Source: Zancudomyces culisetae HAW-14-8 (Eukaryota; Fungi; Kickxellomycota). From it: a stretch of DNA of 64,000 bases. Positions within the stretch are counted from its first letter, which is position 1. The number at the start of each line of letters is the position of its first letter. Location: positions 4,898,001-4,962,000 of the forward strand of contig JBNJNM010000011.1 of the NCBI GenBank assembly GCA_052426225.1, in the 5' to 3' direction. This document shows positions 34,635 through 46,885 of the stretch, one piece after another. The position numbers and the translations under genes were made by a program. The notes below the pieces were generated by a model. It saw only the letters and a list, made by a program, of their open reading frames with translations, was not told where the DNA came from and did not search any database.

Positions 34635-34954
34635 TGTTTTCTTTTTTTCCTTTTTGTTATTATTACTATTATTATTATTATATGCTATTATTATCCCCTT
34701 TTCCAAAAGTATCCTTTAAAACTTATACTACTGAATATACTTTTTATCCATCAATTCCATTCCATTCCATCTATCTTTTTCTTTTAATGTGTGTATTGAT
34801 TAGTTGAGGAGAAAAAAGGTATCAAACCGAGTTTCACTCAATACTTTAATTTTCTTGTCCATATTCATTTCCAAAAAAAAAAAAAAAGAAAGAAAAAAGT
34901 CAAACTTTTTACAACATCAAAAAAAAAAAGGGAAAAAAAAAAGGACTCAATTAA

Positions 34955-36328
34955 TTATGAAGAACGGAAATAATAAACTCTGCTAGTTTCAAATCCATTA
35001 AACTTTGAAGCAGCACAAACCGAATAGGCACCCAGATTGTTAAAGACCAACCAGTCACCCACAAACAGTTCGGGAAGTTCAACATTCTCCACCACACAAT
35101 CAATGGAGTCACACGTAGGACCCCAGATGCTCGATAAATACTTGGGCAGGGTTTCGGTGGCACGTAGTCCCTGTGCTGTATAGACAAATGCTGTGTTGCA
35201 TACCAAGACTTCGGGGTATACTTTTTGGTGGTCAAACATTATGCAGTTGAAACTACCGTATACACCATCGTTAATGTAATACATGTAGTTCTTTTGTGAA
35301 TTGACTACCTGATTCTGACTCTGACTCTCTTCCACTTCTTTTACAATTTGTCTTTTGGATGTCACATTTACTGCCAAAGTAAATGCCGATGCAGCAAAAT
35401 ACCTTCCAGGCTCTGCAATTACTTGAACGGATGGAAACTCTGAAAAATACTCATCAACAGCTACACTCAACCCTGCTGCTACTTGTGGAAACGGCATTCC
35501 ATCCCGTTGCTTGGATCCCGAAAATCCACCACCAACATCCAACAACCACAGATCCATCCCCAACTCACGAGCTTGGTCAAAGACCACCCGCGCACGCCTA
35601 ACCGCATCGGAGTAAGCATTGGGATCAGTACACCCACTGCCCACGTGGAAACTCACCCCTACCACATTGACTCCCAACTCTTTGGCTGTCTCCAACAACG
35701 TTTGCGTTGACTCCATGCGTGCACCAAATTTCAAACTCAGCTGACACAACGCTGATGAATCATCTGTTGAAACACGCAATACTGCTTGCGCATCTGGTGC
35801 CAACCTCCGGATTTTGCGTAGCTCGTCGGCATTATCAAACGTCATCAATCTAACCCCTTGTCGAGTTGCATAGCTGAGATGTGATGATGGCTTACATGGA
35901 TGCGCATAGATAATACGGTCTGGAGATACTCCAATGCTCAGCACCATATCCATTTCGTTACGGCTGGCACAGTCAAAGCCTGTTCCCAACTCGGCCAGGA
36001 TCCGCAACACCACCGGGTCTGGATTACACTTGACTGCATAGAATGGCTTGATTTTGGGCAGCAATTTGATCCATTGATCGTACTGCTTGTATACCTCGGC
36101 GACATCCATTGCGAAAAACGATGCCTCTGCCTCATTTTCTCCAACAATGTCTGCCAGCACTTGCTCTAGCCGCGTTCTTGAGGATACGTATTCTTCATCC
36201 ACATCCTTGAAGATCTTGGCCCCTGCAATCAACCCATTCCCTATCCCGTTTTCTGCTCCCAACAGCCCTTTGTGTTCCAGGTCCTTTCTTGCTACCATAG
36301 ATGCTGTATAGCCCTTAGTGAAACTCAT
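34955..36328 (-). CDS. SPE1: Ornithine decarboxylase
   Basis: PLP lysine motif PFYAVKCN, GFDCAS, SFHVGSG, LDVGGGF, IAEPGRYF, YYINDGVYGSFNC, catalytic WGPTCDSID and GAYS. The first ATG is at 36328 (MSFTKG); the ORF-track start at 36424 is a TTG. Confidence 0.97.
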   Translation of the reverse strand: MSFTKGYTASMVARKDLEHKGLLGAENGIGNGLIAGAKIFKDVDEEYVSSRTRLEQVLADIVGENEAEASFFAMDVAEVYKQYDQWIKLLPKIKPFYAVKCNPDPVVLRILAELGTGFDCASRNEMDMVLSIGVSPDRIIYAHPCKPSSHLSYATRQGVRLMTFDNADELRKIRRLAPDAQAVLRVSTDDSSALCQLSLKFGARMESTQTLLETAKELGVNVVGVSFHVGSGCTDPNAYSDAVRRARVVFDQARELGMDLWLLDVGGGFSGSKQRDGMPFPQVAAGLSVAVDEYFSEFPSVQVIAEPGRYFAASAFTLAVNVTSKRQIVKEVEESQSQNQVVNSQKNYMYYINDGVYGSFNCIMFDHQKVYPEVLVCNTAFVYTAQGLRATETLPKYLSSIWGPTCDSIDCVVENVELPELFVGDWLVFNNLGAYSVCAASKFNGFETSRVYYFRSS

Positions 36329-36549
36329 TATATCTTCTTGTTGTTTTTGTTGTTGTTTGTTTGTTTCCTCAAGTATTTTCCTTTTTGTTTTCTTATCCTT
36401 CCAAACCTTGGTTATTATCACCAAAATATTTCTCTTGACAAATTATGTATATCCACAAACAATCTAATAAATAGTATTATAATTCTATTTCTCTATATAT
36501 TCTATAATTCTCGCTTTTTCCTACACACCACGTTCTTGAGTTTGTCTTG

Positions 36550-36708
36550 TTATCCAAAAGCTTTCCAAGGTGGTTCTCCTAAAAAGTACTCAAGTCTGAT
36601 GTCTCCTTTGAACTTTAAATCCAACAAACCTGCTATTTGTTTTTTACTAACTATTCTGCTTTTCCCGTTCTGGAAAAGAGTGTCGTACTTTTTTTTAAAC
36701 GAGATAAT
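36550..36708 (-). promoter_or_regulatory. Non-AUG (probably AUU) initiated regulatory uORF of ODC (uCC), 52 aa, ending EPPWKAFG*
   Basis: Minus-strand frame IISFKKKYDTLFQNGKSRIVSKKQIAGLLDLKFKGDIRLEYFLGEPPWKAFG* contains no ATG. An in-frame TAA lies 11 codons upstream of the ATT, which sits in CCGAAA-ATT-A context. The stop is 221 nt before the ODC ATG. Confidence 0.85.
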
Positions 36709-39700
36709 TTTCGGTTTTCTTTTTTTTTTTGTTTGTGCTTATTCTCAAAGTTGATAATAATAATGTTTGATCTATTCAGACATTCCCCTGTTGTTTGGTC
36801 TCTTTATAAATCAGTATTATTCATTTACTACTTTGTATCTTTAAATATTCTTCTGTCTTACCCTTTATATCCTGTGAATAAAGGTTGTTTAATAATATTC
36901 TTTTAGAACTTGTTGTTTAAAGGAATGTTTTTTTTTCTTGGAAAAAAAATCTAGTGTGCAGTTTAAATTTTTCATGCTTTTTATATGTATTCAGTTTTTT
37001 TCAGGTGCAAAAAAAAAATAACTAGCGAGGGTATTGTAGACTTTTTTTTTTGATTCATTTCCGTTTGTTTTTTTTTCAATTTTAGAATATCCAAGTTTAA
37101 AAGCTTAAAAATGTTGGGCCTGCATCATTTTTCGGAAAATATACCTAGAAAAAACGTATTGGAAAAAAAAAAAATTTACCCATCCCGTTTTTTTTTTATT
37201 CATGGATATTTCTAAACTATAATTTTCCAACAATGACAAGGCAAAAAAAAAATTTTTTTCCCTCACTATCAACCTCGCCCTCCTCTTCCTTTCTTTCCTC
37301 TCCTTCAATCAGTTTTATCAACCTACTCTTGCATATATTTTCCCGTTACAAAATAAGAAATGACGGAAAATTTCCCAGGAATCCAAAAAATAAAATAAAA
37401 TCAAATCAAATAACCCCTCAAACTCATATTGGCGCTAAGGATGACCGCTACAAATTCCAAAAAAGGAACGTTTTTTAATATTTTTTTCTCGATTAAGATA
37501 GCTTGGAAAGTCTTAATGGCACCTACTTTCATTTCGCTAATAGCTCTTTTCTTTAGGTCTATTAAAAAAATATATATACAATACTATAATGCAAGAATAA
37601 AGCAAGCACAAGTGAATTATCCGTTTTTTTTGTGTTAATTTACAAATCACAAATCACTTGCATTCCTTTTTTCCACTCCCCCCCCCTTTCTTCCTCTACC
37701 CCTTTTTTTTCTTTTTTCCTTTTTATTTTCCTGCTTGCTTTATATTTAGTTTTCATGTACACGTTTACAAATCCTTTTGTTTATCAATTACTAAAAAAAT
37801 ATATAAATTAAATACTAGTTTTTTTTTTTTTCATTTGCTGCTTTCCCTTCTCTCCCCTTCATCTCTCCCTTCCACCTTCCTTCAGTTCCCATTTTCCCAT
37901 TCCTTGTTTTTTTTTCACCAATTTGTATGCTGCGCTTTTTTTTTTTGTGTATTAAAGTCATATTTCAAACCACTATTTTCCATTTATATAATTTTAGATT
38001 TGTTTATCCCGTTTCTTGGTTAAAGCAACCAAAAATTTTGTTTTCTTCCCTTCCACTAGTTACCTCATCTATTTACAATATGCAATATGCAAGGCTCTTT
38101 TTTTATTAATTGATGGCCATTATTAGCACCATTATTGACATCATTACTCAATGTATATACACATTTCCTTTTACTTATGGTTGCAAAAACGTGGGAGGAG
38201 TAAGAGGGTTTTTTTTTATTGAGCGGTTTATTTTTACATTTTTAAACAAAAACTGGGCTCTACTCAATCAGACTTTCAAACACAAATGCAAAAGCAAAAG
38301 CTCATTAGAAGCAGTAAATTAGTTTGCCGTCTTTTTTCACCTTATTCATTTTTTAATTCATCCCATCCGTTTTTTTCCCGTTGTGCACGATACACAACAC
38401 AGCTGATCAAAATATGGTAGTTTACTAGTAGCTGTGTCACACGTTTTATAAACACAGAAATCTGCGAATTACAATATGGAAAAGTACAAAAATTCCACTC
38501 AAAACCACGTACACCCTCTTACTCTAAGATAAACAACCACCATGTTGCTTGTAAATGCCCTTCTGTGCTATGTATTTGTACTTGTAGACTGACATCACTC
38601 CCTATTTCTATCTCTCGTTAATTTGTAAAAAAGGACACGTCATGCTCTGTATTAAGATGCGGTGGTGTTACCGGCTGCGAATCCAAAATTTCTTTGAGGA
38701 GGAGGAGTGGTTAAATAGCTCTGAGCTTTGTCGACTAGGAATCAATTTAGAATCTGTATTGGGTTGGGCTCAATCTCATCAATTTTTGGGTGTACACTTT
38801 CTAGGTTGTAATAGTTCAAGGTATGGAGGAGGTAGACTAAATGCTAATATTGCTTTCTATACCCAAGTGTAAAAACAGGTGTTTATTGCAACAAAAAATG
38901 TGTAATTTATCCAGGAATCCCTGATATAATGTCTTGATATAACCTACCATCACCATCTTCCACCCGTTTTTCTATAACTTTGAAACCACAGGAAACGCAG
39001 ATGTTGTTACACGCACCTCTCCTCTTCTGACCGTTCTCTTTTTATCTGCCTCGTTTGCGTTTCCTTTACGCGATTTATTCCATTTCAATTATTACATACC
39101 TTAACAAAAATAACCTGATGCAGGGTTAAAATATGATATGGAATAGTATAACAAGGAGAAGAGGTTCGCAAACTCTGAAAAAATGGAGAGAGTGTGTGGG
39201 GGGAGGGGAGGAAGCAGGAGGATGATAAAAATGACATTTATATTCAAACTACGGAAATTACAATATCCACCCATGAATGAGGTATTTTTTCTACTCAGGT
39301 TTCATCACATATACTTATGTGTATTTCAGTAACCAGAAATCTTGCATATCATACCACCTGTAGTTTTTTCTATCGTACGAATTCCCACAGGTCAAAGTTG
39401 TTGAAAGTAGTGTCACTTAATTTAATTGTGGCACAATTTACATTCACAAGGCTTTATAAATAGTTGTCAACCTATTTTTTGATATATATCTATTTGCTAT
39501 TTACTATGGAGCTATTTGATCAAATTATTTAAAGTCTAATTTCAAGTAGATTCCAATATCGACACAGCTTTCGGTGAACGTATATATTGTAAGATAAAGA
39601 AGTGGAGAGGCACGTAGGTGCAAGTTCCTTGAGTATGAAAAACTGGAAACTGTGTGTGTTGAATATACTATTCTATAGGAGATATTGTACTATTTACCCT

Positions 39701-40087
39701 AGAAACAAACTCTGTTACCAGCTAACACTTCAGCATGGTTGTTTAGGGTTCTTTTCAAGTTCTTTTCAAGGTTCTTTTTAATATTATTATTAATATATGC
39801 TTTCACACTTGACAGCATGACTCGTTTATATAACTTTACGGGGTTTCCTTCTGACTTCAAAGCACTAGCTATTCACCATTCTGTTATTCACACAATCTGT
39901 AATGCATTGTTTCCATTATTTGGTATATCATACTCATGTGTGCATACATTTCCGGGTCAATGAAAATTCTCATTGTCAGTTTACTTGACAAATTCACATC
40001 ACATCAAAAGGTATTATTTAGAGTGATTATAATGGGATTGGAAATTAAAAGGTTTATGCCCTGATTATAGTTGATAAATGAAATGGT

Positions 40088-40117
40088 AATAACAACAACA
40101 ACAACAACAACAACAAC

Positions 40118-40152
<35 letters not shown>

Positions 40153-40153
40153 T
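40088..40153. repeat. Compound microsatellite (AAC)9(AAT)n followed by (ATT)n, forming an AT-only palindrome
   Basis: Directly visible. Confidence 0.9.
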
Positions 40154-40717
40154 CATAGTTGTACACAAGGCTTTAATGAGTACCCACTTTCAGAAAAAAA
40201 AAGATAGATAATATGACCATTCCGCATCACGCATCTTTTACACTTTCTCCTCAGTTTCTTATTCAAAAGAATAATAAAATAAAATATATTGAAAAACCCA
40301 TAAATACACATAACAATCTGTTATTATGTCCCCCCCTTTTTTTTCTTGTTCCCCATTTCTTTTTCTCTTAAACGTATAGCCTATACATATACCCATGTTC
40401 GTACTCACACCCGCGTTTATATAAATATAGATTTAATAATCCAAATAAGCACTAAGCCATCTGAAAAAGCGGTTTATATAAAACGACAAGATTACAATTA
40501 TATACTCGAGTTCAGATATTCGATTCGATTTGGTATTATTTACTCTTTCTTTACATATCGAGTATATACAAGCAAAAAATCAGTTTGATTTACCGTATAC
40601 TATGACAAGAGTGTTTCGAGATTATTAACGCGACCATATATACAACCGCACTATACCACAATCCTATCACGAGTTCGTCACACTGCTTGTTTAACCGAAG
40701 CTTAACTTAGTTATACA

Positions 40718-41411
40718 ATGATCAAATACTACAAAAGACTATTTAATAGTCCAGTGTTAAATCCTAAAGGTAAAAATATCTCGCCTATAATTTTATTAAC
40801 ACAGCCTTATGAATTATCAGAACTAATTAAATGCTAGCAAATATACCATTACATATATGTCTATAGGTACAACAGGAAAAAATAATAGTCGATTGTTAAT
40901 ACAACCAAAACCAAAGACTAGTAAATTTGTGCTTCTTAAATCGTATGGAAAGAAGCTGAAAATAGGAATACGCAAGTGTGTTGCATCGCTGACACCAAGG
41001 GTTTTTCACAGCAGCTATTTCCTTGCGCTGGGCTCAAATAAAGGAAGAAGAAATTGTGATGTAACTAACCCAAACACTTTGGATTTAAGAGCTGTAGCGA
41101 GTGATGGTGCAATATATACAAGAAGAAGCACAAGTTTGTCGGCAAGAAACACATTTGAACCAAATGGTATGTATTTAGAGTCTGATTCTGATGTCTATAT
41201 CGACACTGATACAGACTCTGATGCGGATACATATGATAACAGTGATCTAGTGTCAGCTTCTAGCTCGGAAACACTCAACAAGGTATATTGTACTCGGTCC
41301 CAAGAGAGAACAACAAGCAGGTTGTATCAATTAGAGGCTCGGAATTCACAGGAAATTGCCAGATATTTGAAGGTTAGAGAACGCATGACAGTTATGGCTT
41401 CAATTATCTGA
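40718..41411 (+). CDS. Hypothetical (orphan) protein, 2 exons
   Basis: Exon 1 40718-40769 (MIKYYKRLFNSPVLNPK-G/GT) joins in phase to the acceptor TATAG at 40866 and the 184-aa ORF. Basic N-terminal half and an acidic D/S tract; no family recognised. Confidence 0.6.
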
Positions 41412-42218
41412 TGTTATCCACGCCTAGATTTTTTTTTTCATTTCATTTCATTAATGTATAACTGTAACTTACCTATTCTACATTTAAAATATGTGCTTCT
41501 ACTTTAATTTTATTCATTGTTAAATAGTTAACCCCCCTCCCACTTTTTTCTAAATGAATAATACATTAATTAAACCGAGCTGAACAGGTAGCCAAACCAA
41601 ACTACGCTGTTGTATACACAGGAAAGTAGTATTTTATGTTTATAGTGCGAACCAGTGAAGTATAAAATACACTTGAAGCTTCATATGTCGTATACGAGGG
41701 CTTGGTCATAAAACAGTATAGCCTTTTTACATCCTTTGGTATTGGCAAAGTTATATGAAGTACAGATATTTAAGTTGATAGCTACGTTGTTCAATTTCCG
41801 ATACAATTTATTCCTTGGAATAGTGCGCCATCTTGTGGACCACCAAACTAGAAAAAAGAAAGAACAGCTGCGACTACAGATATTTCTCTGGTTGAGACTG
41901 TGGTGGAGAAGACATGATTTTTCTAGATATTTGATATGTTTTATTGAATGTTTATCATCTCCGGAAATGATAAAAACGAAAAAGATGCTTTATCAAAAAA
42001 AAAATATACAGCCTTGACAGTACAGCCAAGGAAAAGCAAATGGTGGTGGTAGTTAAAAAGATAGGTGAAGATTGATATGGTTCGCTTTTAAATATACTAG
42101 GAAGTCACTCTAAGAAACAGTTATTCTGCTCACATAGGGTAACGCTCCTCATCACGGGGTTACTACGTCACCGAGTTCTATGTAGTCTTCATCTTCAGAG
42201 AAAAAGAAGGAGGCTTTG

Positions 42219-42951
42219 TTACAGAGACAGTTTTTTATCGGTTAGTTCTTGCTGAATGACCTGTAGAACTTGTTCAAATCCCAGCCTTCCTACCAAGGCA
42301 TTATCCTTAAACGTCTTTAGGCTATAATCCTCAAGCATTGTTGAAAATCTAGAAACCAACCCGTCGGCACTCAGAGAAGCAGCCTGGATAAACTCCGTTC
42401 TAAAAGTTTTAATGTTATTATTAATGCCAAAGTTCCAAGTATTTCCAGAATTCACTAAAAGAAAAATAGGGTTACATTTTAGTGAAAAAAAGCACTTACT
42501 GTGTATTGTCTGTGGCAAGCGGTTGGTAATTGATCTCCTCAACCACCTTTAGAATATTGGCATGTGTCAAGTTGACACTCTTAATATTCATTTTATTTTC
42601 TTTTGGATCAACTTCACTGTATTCCAACACATATGACCACCCTTCCGACTTCATAATCCTCAAAATGAGTGTGGGCACATTTTGTGAGACCATTATCAGC
42701 CGCTCCGTCCGCAAAATCCCCGTTTCTGGATCCACTTCTCTACTCAGTATCTCCACATGCTTCACATGTGGGGTCTTTTCATTGGGGTATTTTCTCCAAA
42801 ACGCCATGGTTACCGCATCCCAGTTGGAGCTACAAGTACAAATAACAACGTTGATTTAGATTTCGAGTTTCTGTGTTTAAAAAAACATTAAATAGCATAA
42901 TACATAAGCCTGTACATACCTGAATAAATGTGTTGCGTTGAAAAATCTCAT
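42219..42951 (-). CDS. PRELI/MSF1-domain mitochondrial lipid-transfer protein (Ups1/Ups2 family), 3 exons
   Basis: MRFFNATHLFS-SNWDAVTMAFWRKYPNEKTPHVKHVEILSREVDPETGILRTERLI...SVNLT...FKDNALVGRLGFEQVL. Confidence 0.9.
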
Positions 42952-44926
42952 TTTTGTATATTTAAAAGTTTTACGATACGAGCGAGGATGTAAATGTCGA
43001 GGAATGAATGCTCTTATCCGTTCCCAGTATGAAGTGTTTTTTTCTTAAGAGTATAAGAGAGAAAAGATTGTACGAGTCTACCTATATTAGAATTTTGCTG
43101 CTTTTATTGGAGAAAAAAAAAAAGAATAAAATTTTTTTTTTTTTTTTTTGCAAATAACAATAGATGCATAATTGTTGTCTAGGTGAATATGAAAAAACCA
43201 AGGGTATAGAGTATTCCCTTTATCAGTGACTAGCATTATTCATTGGTCACTTTTCTGGTAATTTATTTTATGTAAATCGATTAGCCAGCTCTCTCACCAC
43301 TTTCAAATCCACCTTACAAATTTGAATAAACAATATACTCCATAGATTAAGTTGGTGAAAATGAGCGTTGAATTTTTGATGAAAAAGCTAAAATCTAGAT
43401 GAATTTGCACCCAACATGATAAGCGTTGGTACAAACTGTCCCAAGTGATAAGAGAAATTCAGAGGATAAAACAGGGTACATTAAATAGAATTAAAGCCAT
43501 TATAGGAAGATATATATCTTGAAGTGGTACGTATTTGGATGGAATATCAACGCCACAGGCGAGACAGTGTGGCTGCTTTCGCCCACAAAGGCTGCTGTAA
43601 GCCGAATTGCTAGATATTTTGCTGTACTTGTCAGTATTTGCAATTTTTTCAAAAAAAAAAGCTAACTACATGTGAGTACAGCACATCCAAAACTATCCCA
43701 TACTATTTGGTATGCTCGCACCACCAATTACCGTAATAGTACAGTTCAAGTGGATATACTTGAACGTATTAAGTGCAGAATAGTAAATGCATCAAAAACT
43801 GACACAGCTTTATCCAATAAATTATTCATAAACTACGTATTACGTAAAATGTATATTTGATGTAGCCCTTTTAATTGGTGCGAATTTCTTGACCAGTTGT
43901 GATATGTACTCATATTGAGCGTCAATACCAACATTGACATCATCAAGTCCTTATCTCTTTAAAGCGAGTGAGCTCTATACCTCTGCATTAAATAGAAATG
44001 TGTTTATCTAGGAAGGGATGTATTTACTTTTGTTTATTGTTGATAAAAATTAACTATATGCACCACATATCTTACCATTATTTTTTGACTTTGAACAATT
44101 AAAAGCATTGTATGGCCTAGTTGGTGAGCAAGGGTGTGTGTGAGTATTGAAGTTATTGCATCCACACTACCACTTTCAGCCTCTGTCACATGTTTGAAAA
44201 AGTTTCTAGTATAGGTAGTATAGGTTGAATTTACATAAATGGTCCACAAATTTTCCAATTTAATTGCTGTGCAAAGCATGGGTTGTATGCAAACCCGTAA
44301 AATTAGCTGAATCTTGGTAATTGACTTGGTCCATAGTAAGACAAAAAAAAGATAAACTGTGGTAGAACATGAACATGTGATACTTGTAGCATCCTTTCAC
44401 AGTACCACCAGAGCCTTTACTGTTGTCACCCTTCCTACGACTTTAGGGAATGTGATATCGAATTGTGCCAAGAAGAGATATCTCTTCACAATAATATAGG
44501 CAACGGTATCTTTGCTTTCTACAACAGTGGATGTATTTCATGAAACGGAGCCGTATCTGAAGGCTCTTTTTGTTCTTAATAGTGGTGAGGGTTTACGTAG
44601 ACGAAAGGTTTATTCAAACCTGATGGTTCATAAACCAAAATTTACGATTTGTCTATACATTTCAGCAAAAGAAAGTACACGATTTCATTCGTCAAAATAC
44701 GCCGAGTGCACAAAACTCAATATTTACCTTTTTTAATTTTTAGTTTCTATATTTCGTGCTTAAAAAATGTAAACACACCCAACAAAGCTGGAGAAAAAAA
44801 AGCGATTCAAACGTGTTTTTGGATGGGTGTGCTGGAAACTTCAGCATCTTGGTATTGTATTATTTGTATTTGTTTCTTGTATTGCTCCTTTAGTACATTT
44901 TAAACCACAGCGAGAATTATAAGAGC

Positions 44927-46885
44927 ATGGAGGCTTACCGATTAAAACGAAATAAATTCAGGCCCAAAGTGAGGGAAAAATACGAAATTCTGGGATTTAT
45001 CAGTTCAGGAACTTATGGAAAAGTATATAAAGTAAAACGAAGAAAAGGGTAATAGCCATAAAACGAGATTTGATTGTACCGAGGCTTCAAGCCCTATTCA
45101 ATGTGCGTTGATTGGGAGCCTTAAGCCTCAGAAAACATAGATTTTTAGCTATATCATAGCCTTTTATATTTTGAGAGCTAAAATGAGTATAAATCCATCA
45201 TAAACATATAGGAACATCGATGAAGAACTGGCAATAAAACAGTTCAAGCCCGAACACGAGGGAACAAAGCAATTAGCAACCGGTATATCCCAGTCTGCTT
45301 GTAGAGAAATAGCGGTAAGTTGGATTTTATGACACTTTTAACATATCACAACAAACGAACTTTTCCTACTATGCAGGTCCTAACAGCTCAGTAAAAGTTT
45401 AGGACAGGAATTTGTTCACGATGCTTTATTATAAATGTGTTTTCTAGTTAATGTGTGATGCTGATAATACCAGAAAAATAACTAGCGATTAATACAATAG
45501 ATTTGTAGAGAATTCAAGCATACCCATCTTGTGGATCTACTAGAGGTGATGCTAGAGGATAATTTGATGCATATGGTTATGAGTTATGCCGAGTACGATT
45601 TATTGGTAACAAAACTATTATTTAATCAATGTATAGTGGTTTTAAACAAAGCTAAAGTGTAAATATACCATTTCTAGACAATTCTACAATTCTACAACCA
45701 AGCGAGAAAGCCGATTCCTGAACTGTTGATTAAATCCTTACTATATCACCTACTTGAGGGAGTGGATTTCCTGCATGCTAACAATGTTCTACACAGGGAT
45801 TTAAAGCCTGCAAATCTACTCATTGATGCAGATGGAGTTTTGAAAGTTGGTACGTATTTTTCTTCATTATTTCTGATACCCCATTTTTTTGAAAACGAGA
45901 GAGAGGGATGAAGACATTTTATGTTTTATTAGCAGCTTCTTGTATTTAATTTATTTGTATATTGAAAGCATTACATAAATATTTGCTAGGCGATCTTGGT
46001 CTGGCAAGGCTATATCATAAAAATTTTCAATCCTTTTATTCTAGCGACAAGATAGTTGTGACCGTTTGGTATCGATCACCAGAGCTAATACTGGGATCCC
46101 GACATTATACTGAAGCTATAGGTAAACATATTGATGCCTGACCTACTCTGAGCTATATGTCTTGGATGTTATTGTGTTTCTGCTACAAGTCAAAAAATAA
46201 CAACAATAAATAGATGTGTGGGCTATCGGATGTATTTTTGGAGAAATGCTATCGCTCAGGCCAATGTTTAAAGGAGAGGAGGTGAAGGTTGAGCCTAAAA
46301 AACAGATTCCATTTCAGAAATCGCAAATGGTAAAGATTTGCGAGATCTTGGGTTCACCAACTGGTAAGGTTTTTTTCCCACCTATCATATATCTCTACAA
46401 AGTTATTAATGTGTACATTAAGAGTACGATTCTCTTTATTTTAATTTAAACTAACAGTATTGCTTCATCTCGGTTTTTTAACCCCAATTTTTATGGTGTA
46501 ACTATCAAAGTCGGACAATGGCCCGATCTTGAGTACATGCCTGAGTATCCAAATCTGAAAAGGTTAAGGACATTTCCCGTCAACTTTCGGACTTGGTTCC
46601 AGAATTCGGGTCAGAAATCAGATACTTGTTTTAGTCTTTTGGCAAAAATGCTTGAATTTGATCCAAAAAAGCGAATAACTACGGGTGAGGCGTTGCAACA
46701 TCCGTACTTTAAGGAAGATCCTGTCCCTGTTTTAAGGTAATTTTTGTTTTTAGTACAGTCATTATTGCATAATATACTACCCGTACTTTCTTTTTAAACT
46801 TAATCGTTAAATAACCAATAGACCACTTTCTGCTCTGTGCCTTTCCTACCCTAAACGACCGCTTTCAAAAGAAGAAAAACTATAA
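44927..46885 (+). CDS. SSN3: Mediator kinase CDK8/Ssn3 (Srb10), 8 exons
   Basis: [75 protein letters not shown] and MFKGEEVK...PFQKSQ. All introns are GT-AG and in frame. Confidence 0.92.

Noticed and set aside
36329-36424. TTG-initiated 32-aa N-terminal extension of ODC given by the ORF track
   Set aside because: The K/Q-rich sequence is what an A-rich leader translates to and shows no recognisable ODC similarity. The frame closes at a TAA near 36443, and the ATG at 36328 is the parsimonious start.
42270-42290. GTTCAAATCCCAGCC, similar to a tRNA T-arm
   Set aside because: It lies in the coding exon of the PRELI gene, with no matching D-arm or acceptor stem. No tRNA or rRNA gene was found in the window.
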